A stretch of 63,252 nt of DNA, filler included, from Octopus bimaculoides (taxonomy: Eukaryota): assembly GCF_001194135.2 (NCBI RefSeq). It is 6 parts of 4 records of this genome, joined end to end, with 100 filler letters (N's around TTAATTAATTAA, not from the genome) between each part and the next. Parts side by side here need not be neighbours in the genome. Positions count along the whole stretch, not along the records: positions 1 to 16,333 come from NC_068999.1; positions 16,434 to 21,057 come from NC_068988.1; positions 21,158 to 34,145 come from NC_068987.1; 3 more parts are not named here. One strand, written 5' to 3'. Positions 11,346 through 25,595 of this stretch are shown here, piece after piece. How positions within the stretch are numbered: the first letter of the stretch is position 1; each line of letters begins with the position of its first letter. The position numbers and the translations under genes are program-made. The notes beneath the pieces were generated by a model. It made no database searches and was not told where the DNA came from. It saw nothing but the letters and a program-made list of their open reading frames with translations.

Positions 11346-13563
11346 GCTACGCAAGATCTTATTCTAATATGTATGCAATCTCCCTTCTGATGATTCGTTG
11401 CGGTAGAGTATACCCAGAGTGCTACACAGTCGGACTGACTTCAAAACCACGTGGTAGAGAAGCGAACATGTTTATCACACAACCACACTTCGCCTAAAAT
11501 ATCATATTTAAAATAGTGGTAATTGCACATTTTTAAAGCAGTTTACAATTAAATTGCAAACTATATTGTCGATGAACTATCCGTTAAGTCCTATGGGAAG
11601 TTATAACTCTATACACCGTGTATCTTCTCCAGAGTTAACTTTGATAGTAAAGTTATATATTTAAATATTGAACAAACGAAGTTATTTTCAGCATCTTGTT
11701 TGTTTTGTAATCAGACATATCACTTTATTCCTGCTATACTTTCAGAAAATCTGTTTTGAACTCTTGGGAAATTATAGAGTTATAATTTGAAGAATAAATA
11801 CAAAAACAAAACAAAGACTGATGATTTGTCTTGTAGCTTGACAATTTTCTATGCCGCAAGGCATAAATGATATTAAAAAAAACTAATACACCACCAGGCG
11901 TAATAAATTCGTATCGACCACAAAAGTATATCTATAAATTTGACCGATAGCAATAATTTGAGTAGATCTTCTCTTTTATTCTCTATTGACTGGACTATCT
12001 TTTCATTGGCTGTTAAACCAACTAATACATGTCTATTTTTATTGGTCATTAAACCAGAAATTTCTATGCGCATGAATAAAAAGCTATTTATAATATTCTC
12101 GAATCGTTTGATATTACAATTTACGTTCTACGATTTGATGAGCGTTCGTGTTATTCCAGCCTGATTAACATTGCATTTAATACAATTGCCAACTTTTCGT
12201 GTCAAAATGGAAACAGTTTGTTATTATATTTCAAATTTACATCCATCAGGCATTTTGTTTATGTTAATTCAAACCCCATAAACAATTGTCTGTATAATCA
12301 TTTCCTGTCAGGGTTAGTGGAATTCCGGTGCGAACATTTTGTTCCTTTGTCTCGAAACCTGTTATTAAGGTAAGTTTTCGTAATTCAGGATGGTACAGAA
12401 CTGCTTATTCCATCCATTCCGATCTGAAGAACTTTTCTGCTTCGAAACCTCTATTACTATTGCTCAGCTGTAATGATTCTGAGAAGGTGACAGCGCAGAT
12501 TTCTCATTACTTAACCCATTCTAGCCAAAATTCCAAGAACATTTAAAGAAAGGACAAAATGAAAAGCTATATCGCTGTGATGTCTGTGCCTTTCTCGTGT
12601 ATTTCTTATGTTTTACTTATTTAGCCTCTTGGACTGGCCCCATCATGGGGTTTAAGCCGAATAAATCGACCGCAGTACTTATTTTTAAAGACCGGTTCTT
12701 ATTTACCGGTTACTGGAGACGTAAACAAAACAACACCGGCTGTCAAACGGTCACACACACATATAAGTAACAAGTGAAGTGTGATACTTGGAGGTGAGAC
12801 AAGTTTAGTAATTTCTGAATGTAATGAAATGAATTAAATAAAATTAGTCAATACTTATAACAAATGTTTTCCAGTTGTTACGATGTCACACAAGTGCGAC
12901 GAGTTGGAAGAAAACACAAAAATGTATATTATGTACAGCAGACTTTGCATTGAAAACCTCTTGTACAAACCTCATTGTAGTCTTCCACTAAATATATGGA
13001 AGTATGAAAAAAAAAACACGCTCAAGGATTGCGCGAAAAATATTCGTTCGTGTCTGCGTCATGGCAGTTGCTAAAAATGATAGAAATAAAATATTTGAAA
13101 GCCACAGAAGTAAACTATAAATCAGAGAAGAAACTGGATGTTTTGCTTCTTATTAATAGATATTGAGAATATATAACTGTGATAAAGCGGATCTAGATTA
13201 CTGTTAATCCCAGTTGGTCGGCCAGAACGAGGTGCATCTTGAACGGTAAAAGATCGAAATCTGGAAAACCTCTTCTGGTATACTCACACGTTTCGTAACT
13301 GAATTTTCTCCGTATATAGCACATATATTCTTGCAGATTTCCGCTTCTTTCTAGCTGTTTTTTTTTTGGCAATAAAAATGCTTGGCGTATCGATGATGTT
13401 CGATTTGGTTCTTCATTTTCAGGGGCGATCTCAAGCAAGACAAAAATATAACCTGTCTCGTCGAAAATACGCGTCGAATTACGTTAGCGTATCGGGTATC
13501 TACCGAATACGCATGTGCAAAAGAGAAAAAAAAAACCGAACAAACTTCTTGGCCAAACACACA

Positions 13564-13601
<38 letters not shown>

Positions 13602-13694
13602 AATGAGTGTTTGTATGTATGTCTCACTGTTGAACTTGCTCCTCTCTGTATGCTTAAAGAAAAATATCTATTAATGGGTCATAAGTAGAGTATT

Positions 13695-14114
13695 ACTCTG
13701 TCAGCGTCGTCGTCGTTGTCGTCATCACCAGCACCTCTAGAAACATTCGCTTCCAATTTACCATCAACAATTCCAGCATCATGTAATAGTTGGTGTAGTT
13801 ATCGTCATCATCACCTTCTACATGAATGTCATCGATGTCATCATCATCATCGTCGACATTGTCGTCGTCATGGGCATCGAGATTATCATGATGCACATGA
13901 TCATCCCAATCATCATTATCATCAACCTCATCCTCATCATCGTCATGGGCCTACTCCTCCTCTTCTTCTTCCTCCTCCTTCTCCTCCTCCTCCTCCTCCT
14001 CATCATCATCATCACCATCATCATCATCGACATCATCATAATCAACTTCATCAACATCTTCATCATGAACATCGTCGTCATCTTCCTCCTCCTCATCTCC
14101 CCTCTTCTTCTTCT

Positions 14115-14161
<47 letters not shown>

Positions 14162-14656
14162 TTCTTCTTCTTCTTCTTCTTCTTCTTTTTCTTCTTCTTC
14201 CTCCTCCTCCTCCTCCTCCTCCTCCTCATCATCATCATCATCATCACTACCATTATCGTCATTATTCCGTTACCATGACCACTGCTTCTAGTATCCTTAT
14301 TATATTCACGTATTATCCTTCGGCATCGGTTGAAGAGGAGGAGGTATAGGAGAAGGAGGAGCAGTAGCAGGAGTGGTAGTTGTGATAGTGGTGGTGGTGG
14401 TGGTTTTGCACTGCTTATTAAACACAGGCACTTCAGACAACTATCTGGTCTTTCAACAGCTGAACTCAAGTGTGGAGTGGGCACAACCGAGTGCTTACCT
14501 CATACACGTCATCACAGATAGATCCAGCACGCTCTGCTGCCACCACCGCCACCACCAGCAGCAGCAGCGGCAACACCACCAGCATCGCGACCATGACCAT
14601 GACGACGACGACGACGACGACACTAAAACGACGATGACCACACCATAACCACCACC
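13695..14656. repeat. Compound trinucleotide microsatellite field (CAT/CGT/CCT/CTT/CAC)
   Basis: Long pure and degenerate triplet runs, e.g. (CTT)n around 14103-14198. Confidence 0.9.
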
Positions 14657-16062
14657 NNNNNNNNNNNNNNNNNNNNNNNNNNNNNNNNNNNNNNNNNNNN
14701 NNNNNNNNNNNNNNNNNNNNNNNNNNNNNNNNNNNNNNNNNNNNNNNNNNNNNNNNNNNNNNNNNNNNNNNNNNNNNNNNNNNNNNNNNNNNNNNNNNNN
14801 NNNNNNNNNNNNNNNNNNNNNNNNNNNNNNNNNNNNNNNNNNNNNNNNNNNNNNNNNNNNNNNNNNNNNNNNNNNNNNNNNNNNNNNNNNNNNNNNNNNN
14901 NNNNNNNNNNNNNNNNNNNNNNNNNNNNNNNNNNNNNNNNNNNNNNNNNNNNNNNNNNNNNNNNNNNNNNNNNNNNNNNNNNNNNNNNNNNNNNNNNNNN
15001 NNNNNNNNNNNNNNNNNNNNNNNNNNNNNNNNNNNNNNNNNNNNNNNNNNNNNNNNNNNNNNNNNNNNNNNNNNNNNNNNNNNNNNNNNNNNNNNNNNNN
15101 NNNNNNNNNNNNNNNNNNNNNNNNNNNNNNNNNNNNNNNNNNNNNNNNNNNNNNNNNNNNNNNNNNNNNNNNNNNNNNNNNNNNNNNNNNNNNNNNNNNN
15201 NNNNNNNNNNNNNNNNNNNNNNNNNNNNNNNNNNNNNNACACACACCAACAATACTAGCAACAACAACAAACAAGAATAACACAGGCTAGCACCAGCAGC
15301 ACCATCACCAGCACCATCGCAAAGAGCTGCACTAATCAGCATCATAATCGCTATCAGCAATATCACCATTACTACAAATAGTACGACGTCGCCTCCGACG
15401 TTGACAGCAGTGACGATGAGGAAGATCACCGTCGTCGCCACCACAACCACCATTATAACTTTCAGTTTCACTTTCATTTTCTCCGTGGCTGATTTCCATT
15501 TCTTCTCCTGCTCTGTTTTTTTTTTCGTTTTCGTTGTGGATGTTCTTATCTATTTTCTTTTATTCTGTATTTCAAAACATCTGTTATTTCCCGTTAGAAT
15601 ATGGTTTCGTTTGTCTTTGAGTGTTGCTTTCGTCAATCTGTTTACCTATTTTACTCCCCCCCTCTCTCTCTTTCTCTCTCTCTCGCTTTCTCTCTCTCTT
15701 TCTTTCTTTCTCTCTCTCTCTCGATGTAATAGTTTCTCTTACTTTATCTCCCTCTGTTCCCATCATTCTTCCTCGCATTTCTTTATCTGTAACAATTTAT
15801 CACTCTGTGTGCTTGTATTCTACCTACATGTCAATCTCTTGATGTAAATGTATGTACACACACACACACACACGCACACACACACACGTGTGTATGTGCG
15901 TGTGTATGTGTGTGTGTATGTGTCTACATATATATACATGTACATACATCATATATATATATACATGCGTACAGAATTGTACATAGTCAAACTTATTAAA
16001 TTTATTCTCTAAGTAGTAATACATGCATACATACAACATATATGTCTTTCAATATCTACGAT

Positions 16063-16215
16063 CTGTCTCTCTCTCTCTCTGTCTCTCTCTCTCTGTCTCT
16101 CTCTCTCTGTCTCTCTCTCTGTCTCTCTCTCTCTGTCTCTCTCTCTCTCTGTCTCTCTCTCTGTCTCTGTCTCTCTGTCTCTCTCTCTGTGTCTCTCTCT
16201 GTGTCTCTCCCCCCC

Positions 16216-16253
<38 letters not shown>
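16063..16253. repeat. Compound (CT)n interrupted by GT, followed by (TA)n
   Basis: Repeated CTCTCTCTGT units. Confidence 0.9.
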
Positions 16254-16333
16254 TTATGTTAAAAATTTTTCTATGTACGTTACTATACACACGCATAGAA
16301 ATCTATCTACCTGCCTATCTATCTATCTATCTA

Positions 16334-16433
16334 NNNNNNNNNNNNNNNNNNNNNNNNNNNNNNNNNNNNNNNNNNNNTTAATTAATTAANNNNNNNNNNN
16401 NNNNNNNNNNNNNNNNNNNNNNNNNNNNNNNNN
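16334..16433. other. Artificial 100-bp join spacer N44-TTAATTAATTAA-N44
   Basis: Exact 44+12+44 layout; the 12-mer gives stops in all six frames. Confidence 0.9.
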
Positions 16434-17257
16434 ATATATATACAGGTATATGCGTTTGCCTTTAAGTCTGCCTGTCTATGTATCTCTGTATAGAGATCTT
16501 CGTATTGCTTTACAATACATCATACTACATATACTATAACCAGTAATTGAAGTCTGTAAGCTATACATTAACCAGCATTAAATACGCCAGTGTAAATTTC
16601 TATAAAGTTTTCTCCATTTACCAACATTTTTTTCAATTAAAATCCTTTCTTATAACTTCATGTTTATTAAGCAGTCACATTATTATGTTAAATGACTTCG
16701 GTTTTTTCTTTCGTCATCAATAATACAGCATTATGTTGCAGAGATTGTTAACGAGATGTTGAAAAATAAATATGTGTCTATTATGGAAAAATAAATTCCC
16801 AGAATACATTGCATTTCTTTTTATTTAATCATGAATTGTTACATAAAAAAATGAAATTGAAATATTTGTTTATTTAACGTTCATTTTTGAAAACTTTTTT
16901 TTTAAATTTGCATTATATGAGCGGAATGGTGAGTAGCCAGTCGTATAAGGTGTTGGATATACGATTATAAAAGATCGATTTCTGGAAAAGAAGCAGCATT
17001 GTTACCTTCAGCAAGATACTTCATTTCACATAGCTCCAAGTACTCTGCTTGTATGATTACCAACCAAGTGACGGTGTCACCCTTTCGCTCTATCTCTCGA
17101 TCTCCCTACCTCTCTCTCTGTCTCTCAGCCTCGATCTGTCTTTCAATCTCTCCCTTTTCTGTTTCTCTACTTTTCGTATTTTTGTGCCGTTTCACGAAGT
17201 TGTAATCAGTCCCATGCGCTCAATTGCGTCGCTAGAATGAGCAATGAATTTCCAAAT

Positions 17258-17293
<36 letters not shown>

Positions 17294-17399
17294 CGTTTCA
17301 TTTTTATGCCGATGAATTTTTATCTTACTAAACGTATTAACTCTGGAATAATTTGTTGTATGAATATTGATTTCAAATGTTGGCACAAATACAACAATT

Positions 17400-17563
17400 T
17401 TGCAGTAGAGACCCAGTATTCCACTGGCATTTATTTTATTGCCTCCGAAATGATGAAAGGCAAAGAATACCTCGGCGGAATTTGAACTCAAAAGGAGAAG
17501 ACGGACGAAAAGCCGTTAAGCATTTTGCCCTTGGCGCTAACGATTCTGCCCGCTCGCCGCCCT
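17400..17563 (-). mobile_element. SINE family A
   Basis: GATGAAAGGCAAAGAATACCTCGGCGGAATTTGAACTC...GCTAACGATTCTGCCCGCTCGCCGCC. Confidence 0.8.
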
Positions 17564-18229
17564 TAGTAAGGATAAATCTTAAAACCGAAGACAGCTACTC
17601 CCTTACTGTTTATTGTCTCCTTTACTATCCTTGCAATCATCATTGAAAGGCTTTTATCTGTTTAGAGAATGTTCTGTCGGGTTTCTACACCGCTTTCGTC
17701 AAGAAATATTACTCAATAGTACAGATTCAATTTTATATGACTTGACGACAGAATAATCAAATTCCATGTCTATGGTACTACTTGGCATGGTGAGTTGAAC
17801 TCACTTTGTTTCGCTGCGAAGCAAAAGAAATAAACAAAACATGACTGTATGAATGTGTGATTATATATTAAATTTTTTTTTTAATGTTACGTATTTGAAA
17901 GGTTTTTTGCCAGTGACATATCTCACTCAATGTCATTGACAGACAACTATGTAAGCACTATTGTTAATTTGTGTATAACTCAGATATATTGGTAAGTGAA
18001 TGTAATGCAGCTCACATGCGTTAGAATGTGTAAGTAAACATTGACATGACGCGAGCAGTTGATGATATTGCCTGCTTCCTCTTCTGTCTATCTCACGTTG
18101 ACGTATTTCTGATAAAGTACTAGAATGAAAATGAAAAAAAATATATATATATATTTAGAAAGAGGAAAACAAAATAACCGAAAGGAAAAACGTATTAATC
18201 GTCCATCTTTTATGCTTTTTTTTTGTTTT

Positions 18230-18600
18230 TCAGCTATGGGACTACAGCCATGCTAGAGCAGCACTTGAAATTGCAATCCGTAGTTATTTCTCAAAGTTTG
18301 GTACTTATTCTATGATTCTTTTTTTACAGAGTCGTTAAGTTACAGAAACATAAACAAACCAACACGGGTTATCAAGTTATCGGGGAACAAATGTAAATTT
18401 TAAAAAAAACCTTCATGTAAATATACACACATATATACACAAAAATCTTCCACATGGTTTCCATTTGCCACTTTCATTCACAAATCATTGGTTGTTCTAG
18501 GGCTACAGTAAAATACAGTGTACACACGCTGGTACAGAGTGTGAGTGAACCCAAAATTACGTACTTAGAAAGCCACTGTGTTATCCACATCGCCGTGCCT
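18230..18600 (-). mobile_element. CORE-type SINE (family B), decayed
   Basis: GACTACAGCCATGCTAGAGCAGCAC...GTACTTATTCTATG...CAGTTTCC-like and ATTCACAAA...TGAACCCAAAA blocks. Confidence 0.6.
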
Positions 18601-19854
18601 GCGTCTGTGTAAATAATAAGACTATAAACTAAAACAATAAATAAATAAACCTACTAGAGTGAAGCTGATAGATGGCTTGTATAAGTGTGAAGGAATATGA
18701 GCAAGTAATAATAATAATAATAATAATAATAAAGTAAACGGAAAGAACAAAAAGTTACACGTAAACAAATGGCAGTTAACAATCTTGTCTTTACTTTACT
18801 CAGCTGGAGGTGACAATGTTTTAATGTGATGGCGTCCAAACGTTGAGAGTCTGAGGTTGCCCAAGCAATGAAATCTCTAGTGGTTGCAGAAAACTGCTGG
18901 GATTTTATAGCCAGTATCGACAGAACAGCTTAAGTGAGCAGACAAGTTTGTGTACATTACTTTCTTGTTGAATGCATCACGAACAAATAGAGAAAGCTGT
19001 CCTGCAGATAATAATGTGATTGCCACAAATGTCAACCGTTTCTTGTATCTTTGCTTACTTTTCAGTGCTTTTCATCATTTTATTTTCTCTTTTCTAGCGA
19101 GGGAATGTAATTCTGTCTCCACCGCTGTCGACGCGCTAATAACGTATTTACTTGTCAACACCACCTGGTCTATCAAGTTTATAGGGCATAAACGAGATAA
19201 TTATAGTGCTATGTTTACGGAAGACAAGAAGGACAATAATATAACAAGAAATCGATTGACACTGATTGTCACAAACATATATATGCGAGTGTAAGAATCT
19301 TGGTGTGTTTTTGTGCGCATACACTCAGATGGATACGTGCATAAAATATATATGTGCGTAGGTGTGTACATACATATATGTATATATATNNNNNNNNNNN
19401 NNNNNNNNNNTATTCCAATTCTTTAAATATATATATGTCTATATACACACATATATGCATATATACATTTAAACACACACTCATATATATATATATAGGA
19501 TTCTTCAAATCTATAATGCATATATGTTATTAGAAAAAATCCGAAATTGATAGCGAAGAAATCCTCAACTCATTTATAGCATAGATAGCTTCACTTGTCT
19601 TTTTGTTTTGACTGTATAGTTAAGAAAGGAGTATATTGTGTTAATATATGGGGCCACATAACCTGAACATTCCCAATAGTGGCAATTCTGGTTAGCACAA
19701 CGTGAAGGAGCGTTTCTTTTCGAAATTTCTAAAAGTTTTAAGATCTCCACTTAATAGCTATATTACGTAGTATCTTGCCGGGGAAAACATCCTGAAAGCC
19801 AGGATAAAAATCCTGAAAGCATGAAAAATTCTTTTAAGAATAATAATTATAATA

Positions 19855-20045
19855 TCTACTAAAGGCACAAAGCCGGACCCTTGGAGGGAGGAGACTAGTT
19901 GATTACATCGACCCCAGTTTTCACTGGTAATTAACGTATCGACCCTGGAAGGATGAGAAGCATTGTCGACGTCACCAGGATTTGAACTCAGAACATCAAA
20001 GTGGTCTAAATGTTACTAAGCATTTTGCACGACGTGCTAATGTTT
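19855..20045 (-). mobile_element. SINE family A, decayed
   Basis: GGCACAAAGCC...TTGATTACATCGACCCCAG...GGAAGGATGA...GATTTGAACTCAGAAC...AAGCATTTTGCACGACGTGCTAA. Confidence 0.75.
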
Positions 20046-20101
20046 CTTTTAATTCACTGAATAATAATAGTAATAAAAAAAAAATAATAATGATAATAAT
20101 G

Positions 20102-20159
<58 letters not shown>

Positions 20160-21057
20160 TCATCATCAAGGGATTATCTATATACGTTGGCATGTTGTGG
20201 ACCTACAATCGCGTACATATTGAAAGTGCACACCAACACAAAGTTCCCCACTCTCTTTTTCGTGTATAGTTCTTATTACATGGACATTGTCTAACGTGAG
20301 ATATGAGATCACTATATACGAGTTGCCATATATTCTTGGTTCTATAGCAACACATTCTCGTTAGTGTTCATCTTGTCTTCCCAGTTTGTTGCGCCATGGT
20401 GCAATCAAATACTATGCTGTATAATGAAATGTGTAGGCTAGGATCAGCAACTTACGCAACCAGATTCACTATGGAAAAAAAATTGAACATGGCTCTAAAT
20501 GTGGAAAACGCTGGTCCTAAAAGCGCCCATATAGCAAAAGAAAACACCGATATGAATCCTACAAGCCGTACATACATATAACTTATATGTATGCGAGCGT
20601 GTGTGTGATTTTGTATATGTGTTCGCGTTTGAATATGTCTTACTTCTGTATTTTATTAATGTCCTTCAACTGACCTTTAAAAATAATTTGAAAACTTCAA
20701 AGATATTTACGACGACAAATAAATTTTGTAATTTTATGTGTAATTTTCTTTAATTCTTTCCGATAAAATATATTTCTCACATATTTCTTATCCAATATTG
20801 AACAATGCTTCATAAACACCTCTACGAAGAAAAATATAAAATGTAAGTTTTTATATGTTGTTCTATTATATTACCGTATTCCTTTCATTTCATTTAACAA
20901 AGTTAGTTTTTAGAGACGTATTAGACACGTGATAACTACTTTGTTGAATATAATATTTAGACATAAATAACTTACTAAAAAATTTTAAACTTTTTTCTGA
21001 TAGACATTCTTAAACACAATATACTTCTACATATTATATACAACTCAACACAAGTAT

Positions 21058-21157
21058 NNNNNNNNNNNNNNNNNNNNNNNNNNNNNNNNNNNNNNNNNNN
21101 NTTAATTAATTAANNNNNNNNNNNNNNNNNNNNNNNNNNNNNNNNNNNNNNNNNNNN
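21058..21157. other. Artificial 100-bp join spacer N44-TTAATTAATTAA-N44
   Basis: Same layout as 16334-16433. Confidence 0.9.
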
Positions 21158-21734
21158 CCTCTCTCTCTCCCCCTCTCTCTCTCCCTCCCCCTCTCTCTTT
21201 CCCTCCCTCAACAAAACAAAAAAGAAGAGAACATGGCATTGATTTTTATCCATAGTGAGGCGGCTTTGATTTGAATAATTCCAAGCCGCCTCTTATATTT
21301 TCGCTTCTCCAAGAAGCAGCAGTTCGATAAAATAAATACCAGTAATATCCTACAACCGACTTACTACATCACAGTCATATCATAATGACTATTTGTTTAG
21401 CTCAATAAACAAAACATGTTTCCTCTCATATGTCTAACTGTCTCTCCATCTCTCCAAAATATGTGTTTGCATGTCCTGTTTCTCACAATGTCACGGTCTA
21501 TATATCTACTTTCCGTACTCTACACTGTTTAATTCGTCCATCGTTTGCTCTTTCTCCTTCTGTTCCTGTATATGTCCGTTCCTCATCACTTCATTTCTCT
21601 CTCACTCCCTCTCTTTGTTTCTCTCTGACTTCTCCTTCTCCTCACTCCCTCTCTCACTCTCTTCCCCCATCCATTCTGTCTCTGTTTCTCCAACTGATTT
21701 TTCAATGTATTTATATTTTCCTGTTTGTGACTGT

Positions 21735-21775
<41 letters not shown>

Positions 21776-22369
21776 ATATCTATCTATCTATCTATCAATC
21801 TACCACCTCTCTCTCTATCCATCTACCCTCTCTCAATCCATCTATTCTCTCTCTCTCTCTCTCTCTCTGTCGCTTCTCTGTCTCCCCTACTTTGTCTCTT
21901 CTTTTCCTCTTCTTTCTCCTGTCTCCCTCTATTTTCTTTCTCTCTTTCCCTCTTTCTCTCTTTCTCTCCAATGTCTTATTCTCTATCCCCATATCACTGT
22001 CTATCTATTTGCCTTCGCATGTCTACATTTCATTATATCAGTTTATTTTTTTGTTCAAACTCCCCGTTGAATATATATATATATATATACACACATAATA
22101 ACAAACAATCTATAAATAGACAAGTCGTATAAATAAATTAAAAACATAAACAGGAGTATACATCTTCGATGTAAGATTAGCTACTGTGTGTCTGTTTTAT
22201 CCAAATATTGCAGACGATAGAAATCACGAACAATTCCTGGTAGAGATAAACCATTCTATAAACAGTTGATCTTTTTTGCCTATTGTGTATATTATAATAT
22301 CTATTTCGTTGGGTATTTGTATTGTATATTTGCTACGCTGCTTTTCAACGGAGTCCCCCCACCTCTCTT

Positions 22370-22468
22370 TTTCTTTCTTTCTTTCCTTCTTTCTTTCTTT
22401 CTTTCTTTCTTTTTCTCCCTCTCTTTCTTTCTTTCTTTTTCTCCTTCTCTTTCTTTCTTTTCTCCCTC

Positions 22469-22504
<36 letters not shown>

Positions 22505-22510
22505 TTTCTC

Positions 22511-22573
<63 letters not shown>

Positions 22574-22575
22574 CT
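22370..22575. repeat. (CTTT)n tetranucleotide microsatellite
   Basis: Long imperfect-to-perfect CTTT array. Confidence 0.9.
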
Positions 22576-22989
22576 CTCTCACACACACACACACACTCTC
22601 TCTCTCTGATTTGCACACATACACGCACGTATATGGATCTTCGTCCGTTTCGACGATGAATATCCAGTTGCCGGGTGAACTGAATAATCTACTAGCTGAA
22701 TTTGAGTCGCTGAGTAGTCATGTGTATCTTTAACGTAATCTTTTGGTTATTAGAATCAGTACGACACAGTGCGACAAGACCCACATTTTGAATTACTGGT
22801 ACAATCCATTCGACAGGCTTCTGCACAGTTTCAGGTCTATCCAATTTCACTCGGAAGTCTTGAGTAGATTCAAAGCTAATATAAAAGACATTTATTCAAA
22901 ATGCTTCACAGTGAGATCGAAGCTGGGACCCGGCGATCACAAGGCGAACTTTTTAGTTTTTAGACATTCGGCCACGCCATGATGATTAA

Positions 22990-23041
<52 letters not shown>

Positions 23042-23642
23042 GGTAAAATGTGAGTGGTCAATCGCAAAACGAAACTTAAGTTGCAAATCAATTTTGTCTT
23101 TAACTTAAGAAATAAATGTATTATATTTTTTTGCTGTTATTAACAGGTACAGAATTCTTTGTATAATTTTGTGTTTTGTCTATCGCTTAAAAAAAAAAAT
23201 AATACCTACAACAGACCAAAACAGCAACTCACGTATATACAAAACGCAGCATAAAACAACACAATTAAATCATTTACAATGAGATATCTGCTTTACCGAA
23301 TTCCAATATTATTTTAAGTTTCTCACATAAATAACACATCAACAAATATATTTATTTATAATAAAAACATACATATTCTATAAGATTGTGTCTAGGAAAA
23401 ATAAAAACGAAAAAGAAAAAAAAAAATTCTCGTGAACGCGAGATTTTATATTATTTGCTTCGTTGAAATATTGCAGACGACAGAAAAATGTAAAACTTCA
23501 TATGAAAGATAAAACTTTCGGTAAGCACATTATATACGGTTCCATATCGAATATTATTAGTAGAATAGTATATTTGGTGAATATTATATTCTATTCGGAC
23601 ACATGGTTACTTGTTTTTGTTTCTTTTAATATTTAAGCCTCT

Positions 23643-23874
23643 TATGTATGTATGTATGTATGTATGTATGTGTGTGTGTGTATGTATGTATGTATGTATG
23701 TATGTATATATGTGTGTGTGTGTGTATGTATGTATGTACGTATGTATGTACGTATGTATGTATGTATGTATGTATGTGTGTGTATGTATGTATGTATGTA
23801 TGTATGTATATGTGTGTAAGTATGTCATTGTTCAGATGCATATGTGTGTGTATGCATATATGTGTGTGTGTATT

Positions 23875-23905
<31 letters not shown>
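23643..23905. repeat. (TATG)n/(TG)n compound microsatellite
   Basis: Direct inspection. Confidence 0.9.
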
Positions 23906-24693
23906 TTACTTTTACTTACGAAAATCTCTATGTTAGCTTCTCAACGTATTCAAGATAGTTGATCGGGTTTTCTCCTATAAAAATATTGATTTGAAAAGGA
24001 AAGAAATAATAAATCGAAAGAAATACAAAACGAAAACGTTTGTATTGATTTATCGAAACATTACTTTTACTTTTTCAACTTTTATCAATCGTTTCCCACT
24101 ACTTAGATGCTTCATGGTTTTGATTTGAAAATCCTGCCATGGTTTCGATAAAAGAATACATGTAATATGTTAAAATCGATTTACTCGACTATTCTATTGT
24201 TCATGTCGAAAAATGGCCTTAGACTCTGCAAAGAAACGTTAATTTCTCTCTCTCTCTCTCCCTCTCATTCTGCCTGTCTGTCTGTCTGTCTGTCTGATAG
24301 TCTTTCTGCGGATGCTGTTTTCCGTAATCTTTTAATCGAAGTCTGTCTATATTTCTTTGTTCCTTCTGTGTATCAATACATAAATCATTCATTATAATAC
24401 AGCCTTCCTCTTTCTGTGATATTTGGCCTTTTTTTTCTTATATGTCACATATCTCTTTCTCTTTCTTTTTACGCGTACGCGCGCCAGCGCACTCGCACAT
24501 ATGCACACACTACAACACAGAGAAAGACATGCGCACACGCGCACACATACTCCCCACCCCTCTGTCGTTTTCTCTACCTCTCTGTGTATCAGTATGCTTA
24601 TATTATGCGTGTGCGTATGTGTGTGTGTGTATAATTATGCATACATGCATATATAAACAGCTTTATATTCATATATATACAAAAACATACACA

Positions 24694-24738
<45 letters not shown>

Positions 24739-25330
24739 CTCTGCCTATCTAACTACTTACACGTACACGCTTATACATATAATTGTGTGAGTTTAATTTG
24801 TCTTTTTATCTCCCTATGTCTGCACATTGAGTTTTCTATCTATCTATTTCTAAATCTGTGCGCTTATTTGTATCTATACTTTTCCGTTCCTCCTTCTCTC
24901 TTTCTTATATTCGGTTCTGTGTATGTACCACCAGTTCCTCTTTCTTCTTTTCATCTCCTTTCTATTATTTATTCCATCTTGCACACACAAGTTTTCTTTT
25001 TCTCCTCTTCTTTATTCATTCTATCTATTTCTCTTCCTCTATGTCTTTCCTCTCATTCACTCTGCCATTTTCCTATCTACCGCCCACACTCTATAATGCT
25101 TTCGTGTATAATTTGTTCCTTCCCTTTTGTCTCCTAATTTCAGTCCTTTCTTTTTTTAACTCTCTACTCTTTCGAACCATCTACTTTGTTTCTTTGCCCA
25201 TTGTTACCCATTGTCACTTTTTCCCTCTTCCTCACTCATATTTGTCTTTTCCAGCCATTCCTGCTGAGACACCTCTGTTTATATTCCTTCGTGTTTGTTT
25301 TCCGTTTAAACTATATCATTTAATCTACAT

Positions 25331-25595
25331 CAATAATTCTCAGCCGGGGTCCATATGACCCTGGGTGGGGGTGTCCCCATAAGATTTTGTTGTTAAAGTT
25401 TACGTACAATAAAATTGGTTATATTTCAACAATACACAAAACACTTTAACAATTTAAAAAAATTCAATTTCTAATAATATCTAATTACAAAAATATAATA
25501 GGATCTTTTTAAACATGGATCAACAGTAGAATAAAACAGGAATCGAAGGGGTCCATTGGCAAAAAAATTTTTTAAAAAATGGTTGAGAACCACCG
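25331..25595. mobile_element. hAT-type MITE (Charlie/Buster-like)
   Basis: The right end GGTTGAGAACCACCG and left end CAATAATTCTCAGCC form a degenerate 15-bp TIR (10/15, all mismatches transitions). Subterminal GGGGTCCAT occurs near both ends. The 8-bp flanks ATCTACAT / TTCTATAT match at 6/8 with a central TA. Confidence 0.65.

Noticed and set aside
12312-12369. Possible 58-nt plus-strand exon (TTTCCTGTCAG|...AAG|GTAAGT)
   Set aside because: The splice signals are good, but the peptides are unrecognisable and there are no supported neighbouring exons; needs RNA-seq.
12424-12460. CTGAAGA...GAAAC hammerhead-like spacing
   Set aside because: No valid stem II, stem I or NUH geometry.
13423-13483. 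Possible exon encoding DKNITCLVEN (Ig-like motif)
   Set aside because: Too short and weak, with a poor donor site; chance similarity is likely.
14495-14560. Minus-strand donor GAG|GTAAGC
   Set aside because: The upstream sequence is triplet-repeat low complexity, with no credible coding frame.
17660-17715. Minus-strand TTGACGA...GAAACCCGAC
   Set aside because: Stem II has no partner strand and stem I is poor.
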